64,000 bases of DNA from Trueperaceae bacterium (GTDB lineage: Bacteria > Deinococcota > Deinococci > Deinococcales > Trueperaceae): contig JAXHNB010000001.1 in NCBI GenBank assembly GCA_034520945.1, forward strand, positions 353,593 through 417,592, given 5' to 3'. Below the pieces are notes generated by a model. It was not told where the DNA came from, did no database searches, and saw nothing but the letters and a program-made list of their open reading frames with translations. This document shows positions 20,618-31,452 of the stretch, piece after piece. Each line of letters starts with the position of its first letter. Position 1 is the stretch's first letter. A program made the position numbers and the translations under genes.

Positions 20618-23506
20618 TCATGCCAGCTCCGTCGCTCGGGCGGCGTCCTCGTCGCGGATCCCCAGGCGCGCAGCGATGGCCGGCACCTTGCGGAGGAAGG
20701 CGCCGGTGGAGGAGTCCGGGTTGGCGGCCACCTGCTCGGGCGTGCCGGTCGCGACCAGCTCGCCGCCGTACGCGCCGCCGGCCGGCCCGAGGTCCACGAT
20801 CCAGTCGGAGGTCTTGATCACGTCCATGTCGTGCTCGATCACCAGCACGGTGTTGCTGCCCTCCACCAGGCGGTGCAGCACGTTCAGGAGTTTCTGCACG
20901 TCGTCGAAGTGCAGCCCGGTGGTGGGCTCGTCCAGGATGTACAGCGTGCGGCCGGTGGAGCGCTTGCCCAGCTCGGAGGCCAGCTTGACGCGCTGCGCCT
21001 CGCCGCCGGAGAGGGTGGGGCTGGGCTGGCCGATCTTGGCGTACTCCAGGCCGACGTCCTTCATGAGCTGCAGCTTGCGCGCGATGGAGGGGATGTTCTC
21101 GAAGAAGCCGAGGCCCTCCTCGACCGTCATCTCCAGCACGTCGCTGATCGACCTGCCGCGGATCTTGACCTCGAGCGTCTCGCGGTTGTAGCGGGCGCCC
21201 TTGCACACCTCGCACGGCACGTACACGTCCGGCAGGAAGTACATCTCGACCTTGACGGTGCCGTCGCCCTTGCAGGCCTCGCAGCGCCCGCCCTTGACGT
21301 TGAAGCTGAAGCGGCCCGGCTTGTAGCCCCGCTTGCGCGCCTCCGGCGCCCGCGCGAACAGGTCGCGGATCTCGGTGAAGATCCCGGTGTAGGTGGCGGG
21401 GTTGCTGCGCGGCGTGCGGCCGATGGGGCTCTGGTCGATCTCGATCACCTTGTCGACGTGCTCGGTGCCGAGGATCTTGTCGTGCGCGCCGGGGCTGGCC
21501 TTGGCGCGGTACAGCTGCTTGGCCATCGACTTGTGCAGGATCTCGTGCACCAGCGTGCTCTTGCCCGAGCCCGACGCGCCGGTGATGCAGGTCAGGGTGC
21601 CGAGGGGCAACTCGACGTCCAGGTTCTTCAGGTTGTGCTCCCGCGCGTTCTTGATGGTCAGCCGCTTGCCGGTGCCGTCCCGTCGCGTGGTGGGGGTCGC
21701 GATTTCGCGGTCGCCGCGCAGGTAGGCGGCGGTGAGGCTGGTCTCGTGCTGCGCCAACTCGTCGGGCGTGCCGCTGGCGACGACCTCGCCGCCGTACACC
21801 CCGGCGCCGGGCCCGAGGTCGACGATCCAGTCGGCGGCGCGCATGGTGTCCTCGTCGTGCTCGACCACGATCAGGGTGTTGCCCAGGTCGCGCAGGTTCT
21901 TCAGGGTGCGCAACAGCCGCGCGTTGTCGCGCGGGTGCAGCCCGATCGAGGGCTCGTCCAGCACGTACAGCACGCCGGTCAGGCCGCTGCCGACCTGCGT
22001 CGCCAGGCGGATGCGCTGCGCCTCGCCGCCCGAGAGGGTGTTGGCGCTGCGGTCCAGGCTCAAGTAGTCGAGCCCGACGTCCTCCAGGAACCCCAGCCGG
22101 TTGGACACCTCCCGCATGATCGGCTTGGCGACCTCGCCGGCGGCGCCCGCCAGGTTCAGCCCGCCGAAGTACGCCGCGGCGTCCAGCACCGTCATCCCGC
22201 TGACCTCCGCGATGTTGCGGCCGGCCACGGTGACGGCCAGCACCTCGCGCTTGTAGCGCGTCCCCCCGCAATGCCCGCAGGGGACCAGGCTCATGAACGC
22301 CTCCAACCGTTCGCGGGCGGTCTCGCTGCCCGCCTCCGCCAGGCGCCGATCCAGATTGGGGATGACCCCCTCGAAGTCGGCCTTGAAGCGCATGGTCTCC
22401 TTGCCGCCCCGCCGGTACACCACCTCGATCGGCTCCTGACTGCCGTACAGGATCGTCTGCTGCGCCTCCTCGGGCAGGTCCTTCCAGCGCGCGTCCAGCT
22501 CGAAGCCCAGGTTGTCGGCCAGCGCGCGAAGGCGGTCCCAGTAGAACACCTTGCTGCCGCCGTCCCGGGCGCCGGTCCACGGCACGATCGCGCCGCGCGC
22601 CAACGACTTGCTGGTGTCCGGCACCACCAGGTCCGGGTCGAACTGCTGCAGGAACCCCAGCCCGGAACAGTGCGGGCAGGCGCCGTAGGGGCTGTTGAAG
22701 CTGAACACGCGCGGCTCGAGCTCCTCGAGGAAGGTGCCGTGCTCGGGGCAGGCGAACCGCTCGCTGAACAGCTCGTCCACCTCGCGGTCCGGCAGCCACA
22801 CCCGCATCAGGCCGTCGCCGCGCGCCAGCGCCAACTCGGTGGACTCGGCCAGCCGGGAGCGGTCCTCCTCCTTGATGACGACCCGGTCGACCACCACGTC
22901 GATGTCGTGCTTCTCGTAGCGTTCCAGTTCGACCTTGAGCGCCTCGTCCAGCGTCTGCACCACGCCGTCGACCCGCACGCGGGCGAAGCCTTCCTTCTTG
23001 AGCTCCTCGAACAGCTTCTTGTACTCGCCCTTGCGGCGCCGCACTACCGGCGCCAGCAGCATGGCGCGGCCGTCGGAATAGCGCTCCAGCATGCGATCCA
23101 CGATCTCGCTGGGCGACTGGCGGGTGATCTCGCGGCCGCACTCGGGGCAGTGCGGCGTGCCCGCCCGGGCGAACAGCAGGCGCAGGTAGTCGTGAATCTC
23201 GGTGACGGTGCCGACGGTGCTGCGCGGGTTGTGGCTGGTGGTCTTCTGGTCGATGCTGATGGCGGGGCTGAGGCCCAGGATGGCGTCGACGTCGGGCTTG
23301 TCCATCACCCCCAGGAACTGCCGCGCGTACGCGGACAGACTCTCGACGTAGCGCCGTTGCCCTTCGGCGTAGATGGTGTCGAAGGCCAGGGTGCTTTTGC
23401 CCGAGCCGGACACGCCGGTGAACACGATGAACGCGTTGCGCGGCAGCGTGATGTCGACGTCCTTGAGGTTGTGTTCACGGGCGCCACGGATGGTGAGGTC
23501 CTGCAA
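20618..23506 (-). CDS. uvrA: Excinuclease ABC subunit A
   Basis: Two ABC ATPase domains ([24 protein letters not shown] twice), zinc fingers, [11 protein letters not shown]. Confidence 0.98.
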   Translation of the reverse strand: MQDLTIRGAREHNLKDVDITLPRNAFIVFTGVSGSGKSTLAFDTIYAEGQRRYVESLSAYARQFLGVMDKPDVDAILGLSPAISIDQKTTSHNPRSTVGTVTEIHDYLRLLFARAGTPHCPECGREITRQSPSEIVDRMLERYSDGRAMLLAPVVRRRKGEYKKLFEELKKEGFARVRVDGVVQTLDEALKVELERYEKHDIDVVVDRVVIKEEDRSRLAESTELALARGDGLMRVWLPDREVDELFSERFACPEHGTFLEELEPRVFSFNSPYGACPHCSGLGFLQQFDPDLVVPDTSKSLARGAIVPWTGARDGGSKVFYWDRLRALADNLGFELDARWKDLPEEAQQTILYGSQEPIEVVYRRGGKETMRFKADFEGVIPNLDRRLAEAGSETARERLEAFMSLVPCGHCGGTRYKREVLAVTVAGRNIAEVSGMTVLDAAAYFGGLNLAGAAGEVAKPIMREVSNRLGFLEDVGLDYLSLDRSANTLSGGEAQRIRLATQVGSGLTGVLYVLDEPSIGLHPRDNARLLRTLKNLRDLGNTLIVVEHDEDTMRAADWIVDLGPGAGVYGGEVVASGTPDELAQHETSLTAAYLRGDREIATPTTRRDGTGKRLTIKNAREHNLKNLDVELPLGTLTCITGASGSGKSTLVHEILHKSMAKQLYRAKASPGAHDKILGTEHVDKVIEIDQSPIGRTPRSNPATYTGIFTEIRDLFARAPEARKRGYKPGRFSFNVKGGRCEACKGDGTVKVEMYFLPDVYVPCEVCKGARYNRETLEVKIRGRSISDVLEMTVEEGLGFFENIPSIARKLQLMKDVGLEYAKIGQPSPTLSGGEAQRVKLASELGKRSTGRTLYILDEPTTGLHFDDVQKLLNVLHRLVEGSNTVLVIEHDMDVIKTSDWIVDLGPAGGAYGGELVATGTPEQVAANPDSSTGAFLRKVPAIAARLGIRDEDAARATELA

Positions 23507-23775
23507 GGGAGGTGCCTCCTTCGTGCCGGAGCACGAGATATTGCGTCAAGAACGCGCGTATGGGCGTGATGCCCCTCCGCGCGCGAACGGGCTAGTCTAT
23601 CAGAGGAACGCACCCGGGCGCACGGCCGGACGTAGGGGCCGCAGCCGCGCGCCGCGGCGGTCTGCTAGAATCCGCCCGATCAAGGCGCACGGCCACTGCG
23701 CTCATGGCGCGCCGTGCAGCGCGACGCGGCCGCGCGGACCCGGGCCGCTCGCGCGCACCAAGGAGGCACATTCCC

Positions 23776-24084
23776 ATGCCACGCATCGACCCCACCCTGG
23801 CCCTGTACGCCCTCGCCCTCGCCATCGGCGGCGCCCTGTTCGTGCTGTTGTTCTGGGCGATCGCCGCCATCAACCTCCAGACCGGCAGCGGGCTGATCGC
23901 GGATCTGGGCCTGAGCGGCCTGTGGCAGACGCTGTTCTACGCCTACCCGTTCGTGACGTTCTTGGCCGTGGTCGGCGGGATCGTCGCCTTCCTGGTGGAC
24001 CGCTACCAGGCGGCGCTCGGCTTCGCGGGCCTGCCCGTGGCCGGGGTGGCGGTCTACTACCTGGCGCTCACCCTCTGGTACTGA
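23776..24084 (+). CDS. Hypothetical 3-TM membrane protein
   Basis: AAGGAGG RBS before ATG 23776; hydrophobic helices. Confidence 0.7.
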   Translation: MPRIDPTLALYALALAIGGALFVLLFWAIAAINLQTGSGLIADLGLSGLWQTLFYAYPFVTFLAVVGGIVAFLVDRYQAALGFAGLPVAGVAVYYLALTLWY

Positions 24085-24239
24085 TTCGCGGGGGTCGAGC
24101 GCGCCGCAGGTCCTGAGCTGCCGGCTCGAGGCCCCTGCGTGTCCGAGTCCTACACAACGCGCTGCGCGGCCGGGTCGCGGTCCGCGCAGCGCGTTCGTGC
24201 GTCGTGCGTGGGGAGCTGCCCCGTGCACGGGGGTTCAGG

Positions 24240-25151
24240 TCACGGAATGTCGACGCGTGCCACGTTGAACGGAAGCTCCGGCTCGCCGCCCTGCCGGTCG
24301 AACTGCGAGTTCACCACCAGCAGGTTGCCGTCGGCGATGGCGGCGGTGGTGGGGAACTGGAACAGGTCGCTGCTGATGGGGTCTCCGGCCGGGTCGACGC
24401 TGTCACCGGACTCGGAGAGCGTCAAGCGGTCCACCTGCCCGAACTGGTTGCGCACCACGTACAGCGTGTCGCCGTCGCGCACCAAGCCGTCGCCGGCCGT
24501 CACCGGCTCGGCGCTGCTCTCCACCTGGCTGACCTGCAGCGTGCCGAGATCGACCCGGTACAGGTTGCCGTTGCCGGAGTGCACGATCACCAGCGCGTTT
24601 CCGTCCGGGCTGACCACGATGCCGTTGGCGTTGAACTGCTGATCATAGGGGAACACCGTGTCTTCGAACGACATGAAGCTGGTCAGCTCGCTCAACATGT
24701 TGCCCGCGCCGATGCGGAACAGCTCCGGGCGGGCCGAGTCGGTCACGTACACGGCGTCGTTCACGAAGGTGAGGTCGTTCAGGAAGGTCGCCTCCGCCTC
24801 GGGCGTGGCGTACTCCTCGATCAGTTCGCCGCTGTCGGTGTCGTACACGAACACGTTGCCGGTCGGGCCGCCGGCCACCCACAGGCGACCGTACGGGTCG
24901 ACCTCCAAACCGATCGCGGTCGGTGCGGCGCCCTCGGCCAGGACACTCACCTCGCCGCTCTGCACGTCGCCCTGGTAGATGGTGCCGCTGGTGGTGCTGC
25001 CGACATAGAAGGTGCTGCCGTCCTCGCTCACGGCGATCCCTTCGGGGAAGACCTGGTCGCCTGGAAGTTCGTACCTGTCGGGCTGAGCTACGACGGCTCC
25101 GAACAGAGCCACCACGAGTGTGACGAGTACGGTGCGTGCGAAATCGGTCAT
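24240..25151 (-). CDS. Secreted beta-propeller protein (SMP-30/gluconolactonase-like)
   Basis: Signal peptide MTDFARTVLVTLVVALFGAVVA; FPEGIAV, FLNDLT, YVTDS, ANGIV, GDGL. Confidence 0.8.
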   Translation of the reverse strand: MTDFARTVLVTLVVALFGAVVAQPDRYELPGDQVFPEGIAVSEDGSTFYVGSTTSGTIYQGDVQSGEVSVLAEGAAPTAIGLEVDPYGRLWVAGGPTGNVFVYDTDSGELIEEYATPEAEATFLNDLTFVNDAVYVTDSARPELFRIGAGNMLSELTSFMSFEDTVFPYDQQFNANGIVVSPDGNALVIVHSGNGNLYRVDLGTLQVSQVESSAEPVTAGDGLVRDGDTLYVVRNQFGQVDRLTLSESGDSVDPAGDPISSDLFQFPTTAAIADGNLLVVNSQFDRQGGEPELPFNVARVDIP

Positions 25152-25228
25152 GGTGTCACTCCCTCCGCCCTTCACCGTAGGACGGCAGACCCGCACGATT
25201 CGTGTTCCGGCCATCAGTGCCGTGCCCG

Positions 25229-26608
25229 TCACGGGTCGTTCAGGTCGACGGGGATGACGGTGCGCCCCACGGCCGCGATGCGGTCCAGGCCCGGCCGGCG
25301 GCCCGCGGGCTGCGCCTTCACGCCGAGCGCATCGGCCACCGCCGAGACGCGGAACACGGTCGGCAGGCCGTAGGCCGTGGGCACGATCACGCCCAAGCGT
25401 TGCAGGGCCCGCAGGTAGCGGCCCGCCGTACGGCGCTGCGCCACGCCGGCTGCGACCAGGTGCTGGATGCCGACGTAGGGCTGGCGCGCCAGCAGCTGCG
25501 CCAGGCGCGGGGCGCCGATACGGCGCCGGCCCAGCAGGTCGCGGCCGTCGGGGCCCTCCAGTCGTGCGAGCACCGCCCGGTACGCCCGCACGTAGGCGCA
25601 CCAGCGGGCCCACGTCGCGTCCACGGCGCTGCGGACGAGCTCGAAGAACGTACGGACCCACGCGTCCCACGATCCGGTCCGGCCGACGGCCCGCAGCGCC
25701 TGCACGCATGCCGCCTCCCGCGCGCGCAGTTCGTGCGCCAGACCGATGCGCGCCGCGGCGCCACCCGGCACGCGCCGGAGGGCGCGATCGACGGCCAGGA
25801 CCGCCATGCGCCCGTTGGCTTGCCGGAAGGGGTGCAACAGCCGCATCCGTCCGTACACGACCGCTGCGCGCAGCAACGGGTCCGGCGGCGGCGCGTGCGG
25901 GGCCAGCGCGGCGGCGTGCGCGGGCGTCTCGTCGGGGGCGCCGCCGTGCGCGTCCGCCGGCTCGCGGGGGCCGCCCGGATCGTAGGGTTCGTCGGGGGCG
26001 GCCCAGGTGGCCAGCGCCGCCAGCTGGGCACGCAGGTAGGTGCGGCCGGCCGGCGGGCGGCGGAGCACCTTCGATCGTTGGATGGGACCCTGGTACCCGC
26101 GCGTGTGCCGCAGGCGCGTACCCGGACCGCAGGCGCGAGACGCCAGCGCCTCCAGTCCCGCGGGGCCGAGCGCCGTTCGTAGGCCGCCCGGTCCGGACGT
26201 GTTCGGGATCGGCGCCACGGATCCGCCTCGTTCCGCCGTGTACCAGGCGTGAACGTCGACCAAGCTGGCCTCGAGGGAGCGTTCCGGCAGGGCGCGGTCG
26301 CCCATCGCGGCGCGCCACAGGACCGTGTCCACCTCGAACGGGAACCCGTCCAGCGCGCAGGCGTGCACGGTGTCGAGCCAGCCCTGCAGCCGCCAGAACC
26401 CTTCGGCGTCCGGCGTCCTGGGCGCCCCGTCGTCCACGAGCGTTGGCTGCAACGCCAGGTTCACCCGCAGGTCGGCGGCGTGCGGGAGCAGGTCGCGCAG
26501 CGCGTCGGGGCCGGTCGGCAGGTCCGGCATCTCTCGTTTCCGTCGGTCCTGATCCAGCCTGCGGGCAGTGCCCAGATCTTCGTCGTGCTGCGTTCCATCG
26601 TGCGCCAT
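25229..26608 (-). CDS. Fic-domain protein with non-canonical motif and C-terminal wHTH
   Basis: LHPFRQANGRMAV versus canonical HPFxDGNGRxxR; C-terminal QPYVGIQHLVAAGVAQRRTAGRYLRAL; start uncertain (26608 or ~26530). Confidence 0.65.
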   Translation of the reverse strand: MAHDGTQHDEDLGTARRLDQDRRKREMPDLPTGPDALRDLLPHAADLRVNLALQPTLVDDGAPRTPDAEGFWRLQGWLDTVHACALDGFPFEVDTVLWRAAMGDRALPERSLEASLVDVHAWYTAERGGSVAPIPNTSGPGGLRTALGPAGLEALASRACGPGTRLRHTRGYQGPIQRSKVLRRPPAGRTYLRAQLAALATWAAPDEPYDPGGPREPADAHGGAPDETPAHAAALAPHAPPPDPLLRAAVVYGRMRLLHPFRQANGRMAVLAVDRALRRVPGGAAARIGLAHELRAREAACVQALRAVGRTGSWDAWVRTFFELVRSAVDATWARWCAYVRAYRAVLARLEGPDGRDLLGRRRIGAPRLAQLLARQPYVGIQHLVAAGVAQRRTAGRYLRALQRLGVIVPTAYGLPTVFRVSAVADALGVKAQPAGRRPGLDRIAAVGRTVIPVDLNDP

Positions 26609-26760
26609 GCCGCATGATCCGTTGCGAGACGCGGCGTCGTGGGCGGCTTCGGTTCGGCGGCCGAGCAGGCGTCGGCGCAGGCCCGCACCCCCGCAGCATG
26701 CACCGCCCGGTCCCCCTTCATACGCCCGGTGCGGGGCGCGGGGATTCGTTGCGGAGCCCC

Positions 26761-26890
26761 TCGATGCCCATGGGCATCAACGGGCCCAACGTGCGCATGT
26801 CGACAATCGCGGTGCGTGAGGGACGGGGCTCCTCCCCCGATCCGGCCCGAGGTTGGGTATTTCGGCGTCGTTGATGCCCATGGGCATCAA
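26761..26890. repeat. ~130-bp palindrome-doublet element, copy 2
   Basis: Palindromes at 26761-26780 and 26871-26890, centres 110 bp apart; internal TGCGTGAGGGACG and GGGTATTT. Confidence 0.9.
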
Positions 26891-26938
26891 GGCGGTTCGC
26901 GAGGAGGTAGACAGCGAGCCTCGGCCGCCCCCTCGTCC

Positions 26939-27649
26939 TCAGCGGTACTCCGGGTTGGGGTGGTCGAAGCGTTCGCCCGCGTCCCAGGCGGTTCGCTGGT
27001 TGCCGTGGGCGGGAATGCCGCCGGCGGCGCGCAGCATGCGGGCGAGGTGGAGCAGGTTGTAGGACATGAAGGTGGTGTTGCGCTGCGTGAACTCGTTCTC
27101 GGGCCCGCCGGAGCCGGGATCGAGGTAGGAGGGGCCGGGCCCCACCGCGCCGATCCAGCCGGCGTCGGCCTGGGGCGGGATCACGCAGCCGAGGTGCTGC
27201 AGCGCGTACAGCATGCCCATGGCGCAGTGCTTGACGCCGTCCTCGTTGCCGGTCACGATCACGCCGGCCACCTTGCCGTAGTAGCGGTACTGGCCTTGGG
27301 CGTTGGTTTGCCCCGACATGGCGTACAGCCGCTCGATGACGCGGCTGATGACCGAGGAGCGCTCGCCCAGCCAGATGGGCGTGCCCAGCACCAGAATGTC
27401 GGCCGCGTCGATGCGGGGCCACAGCTTGGGCCAGTCGTCGCGTGTCGCGCCGTGCTCGGTCATGTCGGGCTGCACGCCGGGCGCGAGCTCGTGATCACTG
27501 GCGCGGATGACCTCGACCTCGACACCGTTCGCTTCGAGGATGGCGCGCGACACGTCCATCAGCCCTTGCGTGTGCGAGATCGCGGGGCTGGGCTTCAGGG
27601 TGCCGTTCACGAACACGGCGCGCAGGGGTGGTTCGGGCGTGTCCGTCAT
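26939..27649 (-). CDS. NADPH-dependent FMN reductase / flavodoxin family protein
   Basis: NGTLKPSPAISHT, GTPIWLG, VTGNEDG, PPQADAGW. Confidence 0.85.
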   Translation of the reverse strand: MTDTPEPPLRAVFVNGTLKPSPAISHTQGLMDVSRAILEANGVEVEVIRASDHELAPGVQPDMTEHGATRDDWPKLWPRIDAADILVLGTPIWLGERSSVISRVIERLYAMSGQTNAQGQYRYYGKVAGVIVTGNEDGVKHCAMGMLYALQHLGCVIPPQADAGWIGAVGPGPSYLDPGSGGPENEFTQRNTTFMSYNLLHLARMLRAAGGIPAHGNQRTAWDAGERFDHPNPEYR

Positions 27650-28068
27650 GGGCGAGTGAACCACGCCCGGAGCCCGTCGAGCCCCGATTCGTACACCGTG
27701 CGCATGGTGGACTCGAGCTCGTCTGCGGCGCCTTCCGGCGCGCCGAACTGGGCGGCCCAGACCACCGTCGAGGCCGAGTCGCCCTCGGGAACGACCTGCA
27801 TGGTGCTGCGGTAGTCCTGCACCGGCATCGGCGCCTCTTCGATGGTGTACGTCAGGCGTCGCTGGTCGTCGTCGACCTCTTCGAGGCGCTCACGGAGCTG
27901 GCCGCCGTCGGTCATGGTGCAGACGCGCGTCGCGCCCGCGCCCTCGCCGCGGACCTCGGAACGTGTGATCACCGGCAGCCAGTTCTCGATCCCTTCGAAC
28001 GATCGCAGGGCGTTCCAGACGTCGTCCGCGGGGGCGGGTACGGTTCGGCGTACGTCGATTTCGATCAT
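27646..28068 (-). CDS. SRPBCC (START-like) family protein
   Basis: VPAPADDVWNAL..W.P, GAGATR, ERLEEVDDDQRRLTY; GAGGAGGA RBS. Confidence 0.85.
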   Translation of the reverse strand: MIEIDVRRTVPAPADDVWNALRSFEGIENWLPVITRSEVRGEGAGATRVCTMTDGGQLRERLEEVDDDQRRLTYTIEEAPMPVQDYRSTMQVVPEGDSASTVVWAAQFGAPEGAADELESTMRTVYESGLDGLRAWFTRP

Positions 28069-28332
28069 CAAATCCTCCTCGGCGCGCCCTACTTCGGGTT
28101 CGCACGCGGCCGGCCTGATCGCCGCCTCGTGTGCAGGGCTGGGCGTGCCCAGAGGTTGCCGCAACGGCGCCCGGCCGCGCGGTCCTGCGCTTGACACGCC
28201 AGGCGGGCGCGTCTTCGCGTTCCCAAGCCCTTGCGTCCCCGCGTGCCCGTGCCCCCGCGTCATCGAGCGTCATCGATTAGACGGATACGGCGGCGTCCGG
28301 GCTGGTCTCCTCTTGGGCGAGGAGGTCGAGTC

Positions 28333-28689
28333 ATGCACAAGATCGCCATCGTGGTACTCGCCGATACCGAAACGCACGGGGATCTCGGTCGGGCCGTGAA
28401 CGCCCTGGAGGTCGCCAAGGAGTTCCAGGAGGCCAATGATGAGGTCGCCATCGTGTTCGACGGGGCCGGCACCAAGTGGGTGCCCGCCTTCGAAGACGCC
28501 TCGCACAAGCGGCACGAGCTGTGGACGCAGGTGAAGGGGAGCGTCGCCGGCGCTTGCTCCTTCTGTTCCGCCGCCTTCGGCGCCAAGAGCGGCGTGCAGG
28601 CCGCCGGCGTGGCGCTGCTGGACGACTACGAGCAGCACCCCAGCCTGCGTGGCTACGTGGCGCGCGGGTTCACGATCCTGACGTTTTGA
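28333..28689 (+). CDS. DsrE family protein
   Basis: GRAVNALEVAKEF, IVFDGAGT, ACSFCSAAFG. Confidence 0.8.
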   Translation: MHKIAIVVLADTETHGDLGRAVNALEVAKEFQEANDEVAIVFDGAGTKWVPAFEDASHKRHELWTQVKGSVAGACSFCSAAFGAKSGVQAAGVALLDDYEQHPSLRGYVARGFTILTF

Positions 28690-28735
28690 GCGCCCCCAGG
28701 GGCGCCACCCACAAGGCAAGGAGAAGGAGGACGTT

Positions 28736-29023
28736 ATGCCGCAGGTGAGCTACCGAGGAACGAGCGTGGCCCGCAGTGACGCGGTGGAGCGGGTCGAGGG
28801 CACCACGTACTTCCCGCGGGCGGACGTCGAGATGGGTCTGCTGGAACCGAGCGCCACCGCCTACACCTGCCCATGGAAGGGCGACGCGCAGTACTACCAC
28901 CTGCGGATCGGCGACACGCAGCTCGAGGACGCCGCCTGGTCGTACCCCGAGCCCAAGCCGGCCGCACGGGCGATCGCGGGGCACATTGCGTTCGACCCAG
29001 GGCAGGATCTCGAGATCGGTTGA
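28736..29023 (+). CDS. DUF427 protein
   Basis: VEGTTYFP, TCPWKGDAQYY, AAWSYPEP, IAGHIAF. Confidence 0.9.
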   Translation: MPQVSYRGTSVARSDAVERVEGTTYFPRADVEMGLLEPSATAYTCPWKGDAQYYHLRIGDTQLEDAAWSYPEPKPAARAIAGHIAFDPGQDLEIG

Positions 29024-29050
29024 CCCGGCCGGGTGCCGCTCCGCGTCGCC

Positions 29051-30469
29051 TCATCCGTGTACGGAGGCGGCGTCGGACCCGGCGCCCGCGGCGATGCACG
29101 CCTCCAGCGTTTCGTCGGCGGGAAACGCGAACGGGTCCGGCGCCGCGGGGTCGCCGAGCAGCGCGTCGGCGGCCAGAACGCCGGCGGCGCTCCAGGTCTG
29201 TCGCAAGCGGGCGTAGCGGCCGGTCAGTCCCCCGAGGGGGCCGTCGTAGTACTCCGGCCAGCCGTCGCGGCGTAGGCGCTCGGCCCCTCGCACGATCGCG
29301 TCGGCAGGCCAGGAGGCGCCGAGCGTGCGGGCGGCCTGGGCCAGCGGCCAGGTCAGGAACGGCCAGCTTCCGCCGTTGTGGTACGACCAGGCGGCGTTCT
29401 TGGGGTCCGCGCCGGTGCCCGAGCGCCAGGCGTCGCCTTCGAGGGCGGGGTACAGAAGCTTCATGGGCACGATGCCCAGCAGATCCTCCTGGTGCGTCTC
29501 GAGCAGCTCCAGCAGGGCGCGGCCCTGCGCCGCGGTCGCCAGGCCGCTGGCGACGGCCATGAGGTTGCCGAGCGCGAAGAAGCGGAAGTCCATCCGCGCA
29601 GGGCCGAGGTTGCCGGCGAAGTAGCCGCCGCCTCCCTGCAACCAGCGCATCGACCAGGTCGGAATGGTGTCGGGGTAGATGTTGAAGCGGTTGCGGGCGT
29701 CGTCGCCGAACTGCTCGACGCCGTAGCGGTACAACTCGTTCAACCGTTCGGCGTCCAGCCAGTAGTGGCGCCGGAGATGCTGCCCGAGCCGGGCCAGCCG
29801 GTCGAGCAGCGGCGCTTGCGAGCGGTGGCCTGTGGGGAGCAACTCGCGGGCCGCGCGGAGCGCGGCGAAGAACAGCACCTGCACGTCGAGGGGGTGCCCG
29901 TAGACGCCCATGCGGCGGTCGATCATGGCGGCGCCGTCGGGCACGAGCAGGGTCGGGACCATCTCGAAACGGGGCGCGAGGTAGAGATCCAGGATGCGCT
30001 CGATCGCGGCGCGCGTTTCGGGGGCACGTACCACCGAGTCGTCGCCGCTGGCGTGGTGGTGGGCGCGCACCAGCAGCAGCCACCACAGCGCCGCATCCAC
30101 CGGCGTGACGCGGCCGATGGCGCGTTGGCCGAAGTCGGCGACCAGGCGTTCCTCCCCGGTCAGGGCGTCGATCTGGAACGAGGCTGGCATCAGGCCCTGG
30201 CTGGGACGCACGCAGTCGAGGTGTCGGTCCTGCGCCTGCAGCGACCGCAGGGTCGTCAGGAAGGCGCGGACGGTGTCGAACTCGTGGCGCGACATCAGGG
30301 CCGCGGCGGCGACCGCGAAGTCGCGCGTGAAGCACTCGCCGTAGTTGAGGGCGTCGCCTTCCTCGGCGCTGGCCCGGATGCCGACGGGTACCCCGCTCAG
30401 GTACATCCGGCTGGCGTCCAGGACCGCCCAGGCGTCGTCTGCAGTCTGCTTGGGCAGAAGCTTAGACAT
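29051..30469 (-). CDS. Alkaline/neutral invertase (GH100)
   Basis: LNYGECFTRDF, GLMPASF, ADFGQRAIGRVTPVDAALWW, MIDRRMGVYGHPL, MDFRFFALGN, WSYHNGGSWP, WPEYYDG. Confidence 0.9.
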   Translation of the reverse strand: MSKLLPKQTADDAWAVLDASRMYLSGVPVGIRASAEEGDALNYGECFTRDFAVAAAALMSRHEFDTVRAFLTTLRSLQAQDRHLDCVRPSQGLMPASFQIDALTGEERLVADFGQRAIGRVTPVDAALWWLLLVRAHHHASGDDSVVRAPETRAAIERILDLYLAPRFEMVPTLLVPDGAAMIDRRMGVYGHPLDVQVLFFAALRAARELLPTGHRSQAPLLDRLARLGQHLRRHYWLDAERLNELYRYGVEQFGDDARNRFNIYPDTIPTWSMRWLQGGGGYFAGNLGPARMDFRFFALGNLMAVASGLATAAQGRALLELLETHQEDLLGIVPMKLLYPALEGDAWRSGTGADPKNAAWSYHNGGSWPFLTWPLAQAARTLGASWPADAIVRGAERLRRDGWPEYYDGPLGGLTGRYARLRQTWSAAGVLAADALLGDPAAPDPFAFPADETLEACIAAGAGSDAASVHG

Positions 30470-30515
30470 GGTGCATCATCCCCTCCATCCCCAGATCCTT
30501 GCTCCAAAGTCTCGT

Positions 30516-31346
30516 TCAGTCACGGTCGCGGACCTCACGGCGCGTTTCGGGCGGAAGCGCGTACCAGAACGGCAGCGCGACCAGCAGCGCACCGCCGAGC
30601 ATGTTGCCCAGGCCGACCGGCACGATGTTCCAGCCGAGCGCCGGCAGCCACCCCGGACCGACCCCATGCGGCATCGCCAGGGCGAAATACCCCATGTTGG
30701 CCGGCGAGTGCTGGAAGTTCGCGGTGACGAACAACGTCACCGCCAGGAACACCGGCACGTACTTGCCGACGATGGTGCGTCCCATCGTCGCGAAGAACGC
30801 CGCCATCCCGACGAACGCGTTGGCCAGGATCCCGGACGCCGCCGCGCGGAACCAGGCGCCCGTCGACCCCAGCTCGGCGTAGGCCATCTTTTTGGTCATG
30901 ATCTCGCTCAGGCCGTCGCGAACCTCGGGCCCGTACAGTTGCGCGACGTGCACCAGCTGGCCGAACGCCCAGGCGCCGAGCAGATTGCCGACCCCGACGA
31001 TCAGCCAGAACGACGTGATGCGACCCAGCAGGTGCCGCCGCGGCCCACGGAGCAGCACGGCGGGCATCACCACGTTCGCCTCCGTGAACAGCGCGGCTTC
31101 GGACAGAACGACGAAGAAGAAGCCCGCCGAGAACCCCAGGCCGGCCAGAACGTTACGCGCCCCCGGGCCGGCGCCGACGCTCAGCAGCACGGAGAACAAC
31201 GCGCCGGCCCCGATGAACATGCCCGCCAGCAAGGCCAGGACCAGCAACTGGGGAAACGACGTTCGCCGGAGACGGCGCGCGCCGAAGTCCGCCATCTCTT
31301 CTAAGACATGGTCCGCTGACAGGTACTGTGGCTGGGGCGTGGTCAT
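30516..31346 (-). CDS. Formate/nitrite transporter (FNT) family channel
   Basis: LAGMFIG, LFTEAN, GNLLGA, ILANAFV, FQHSPANM, GNMLGG. Confidence 0.85.
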   Translation of the reverse strand: MTTPQPQYLSADHVLEEMADFGARRLRRTSFPQLLVLALLAGMFIGAGALFSVLLSVGAGPGARNVLAGLGFSAGFFFVVLSEAALFTEANVVMPAVLLRGPRRHLLGRITSFWLIVGVGNLLGAWAFGQLVHVAQLYGPEVRDGLSEIMTKKMAYAELGSTGAWFRAAASGILANAFVGMAAFFATMGRTIVGKYVPVFLAVTLFVTANFQHSPANMGYFALAMPHGVGPGWLPALGWNIVPVGLGNMLGGALLVALPFWYALPPETRREVRDRD

Positions 31347-31452
31347 GCTCGTCAGGGTTCATCAGGAGGACCCGTCTTGTCCGTCGTTGCCTTGACGGGG
31401 CCGGAGGTGCCGGATGGCGCACCATGGGGTCAGGAGACGGGAAGGAGGATCC

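Noticed and set aside
24240..26699. 819-aa ORF as one protein
   Set aside because: The Arg/Pro/Gly-rich upstream part is a shadow frame of the Fic-like gene; the signal peptide starts at 25151
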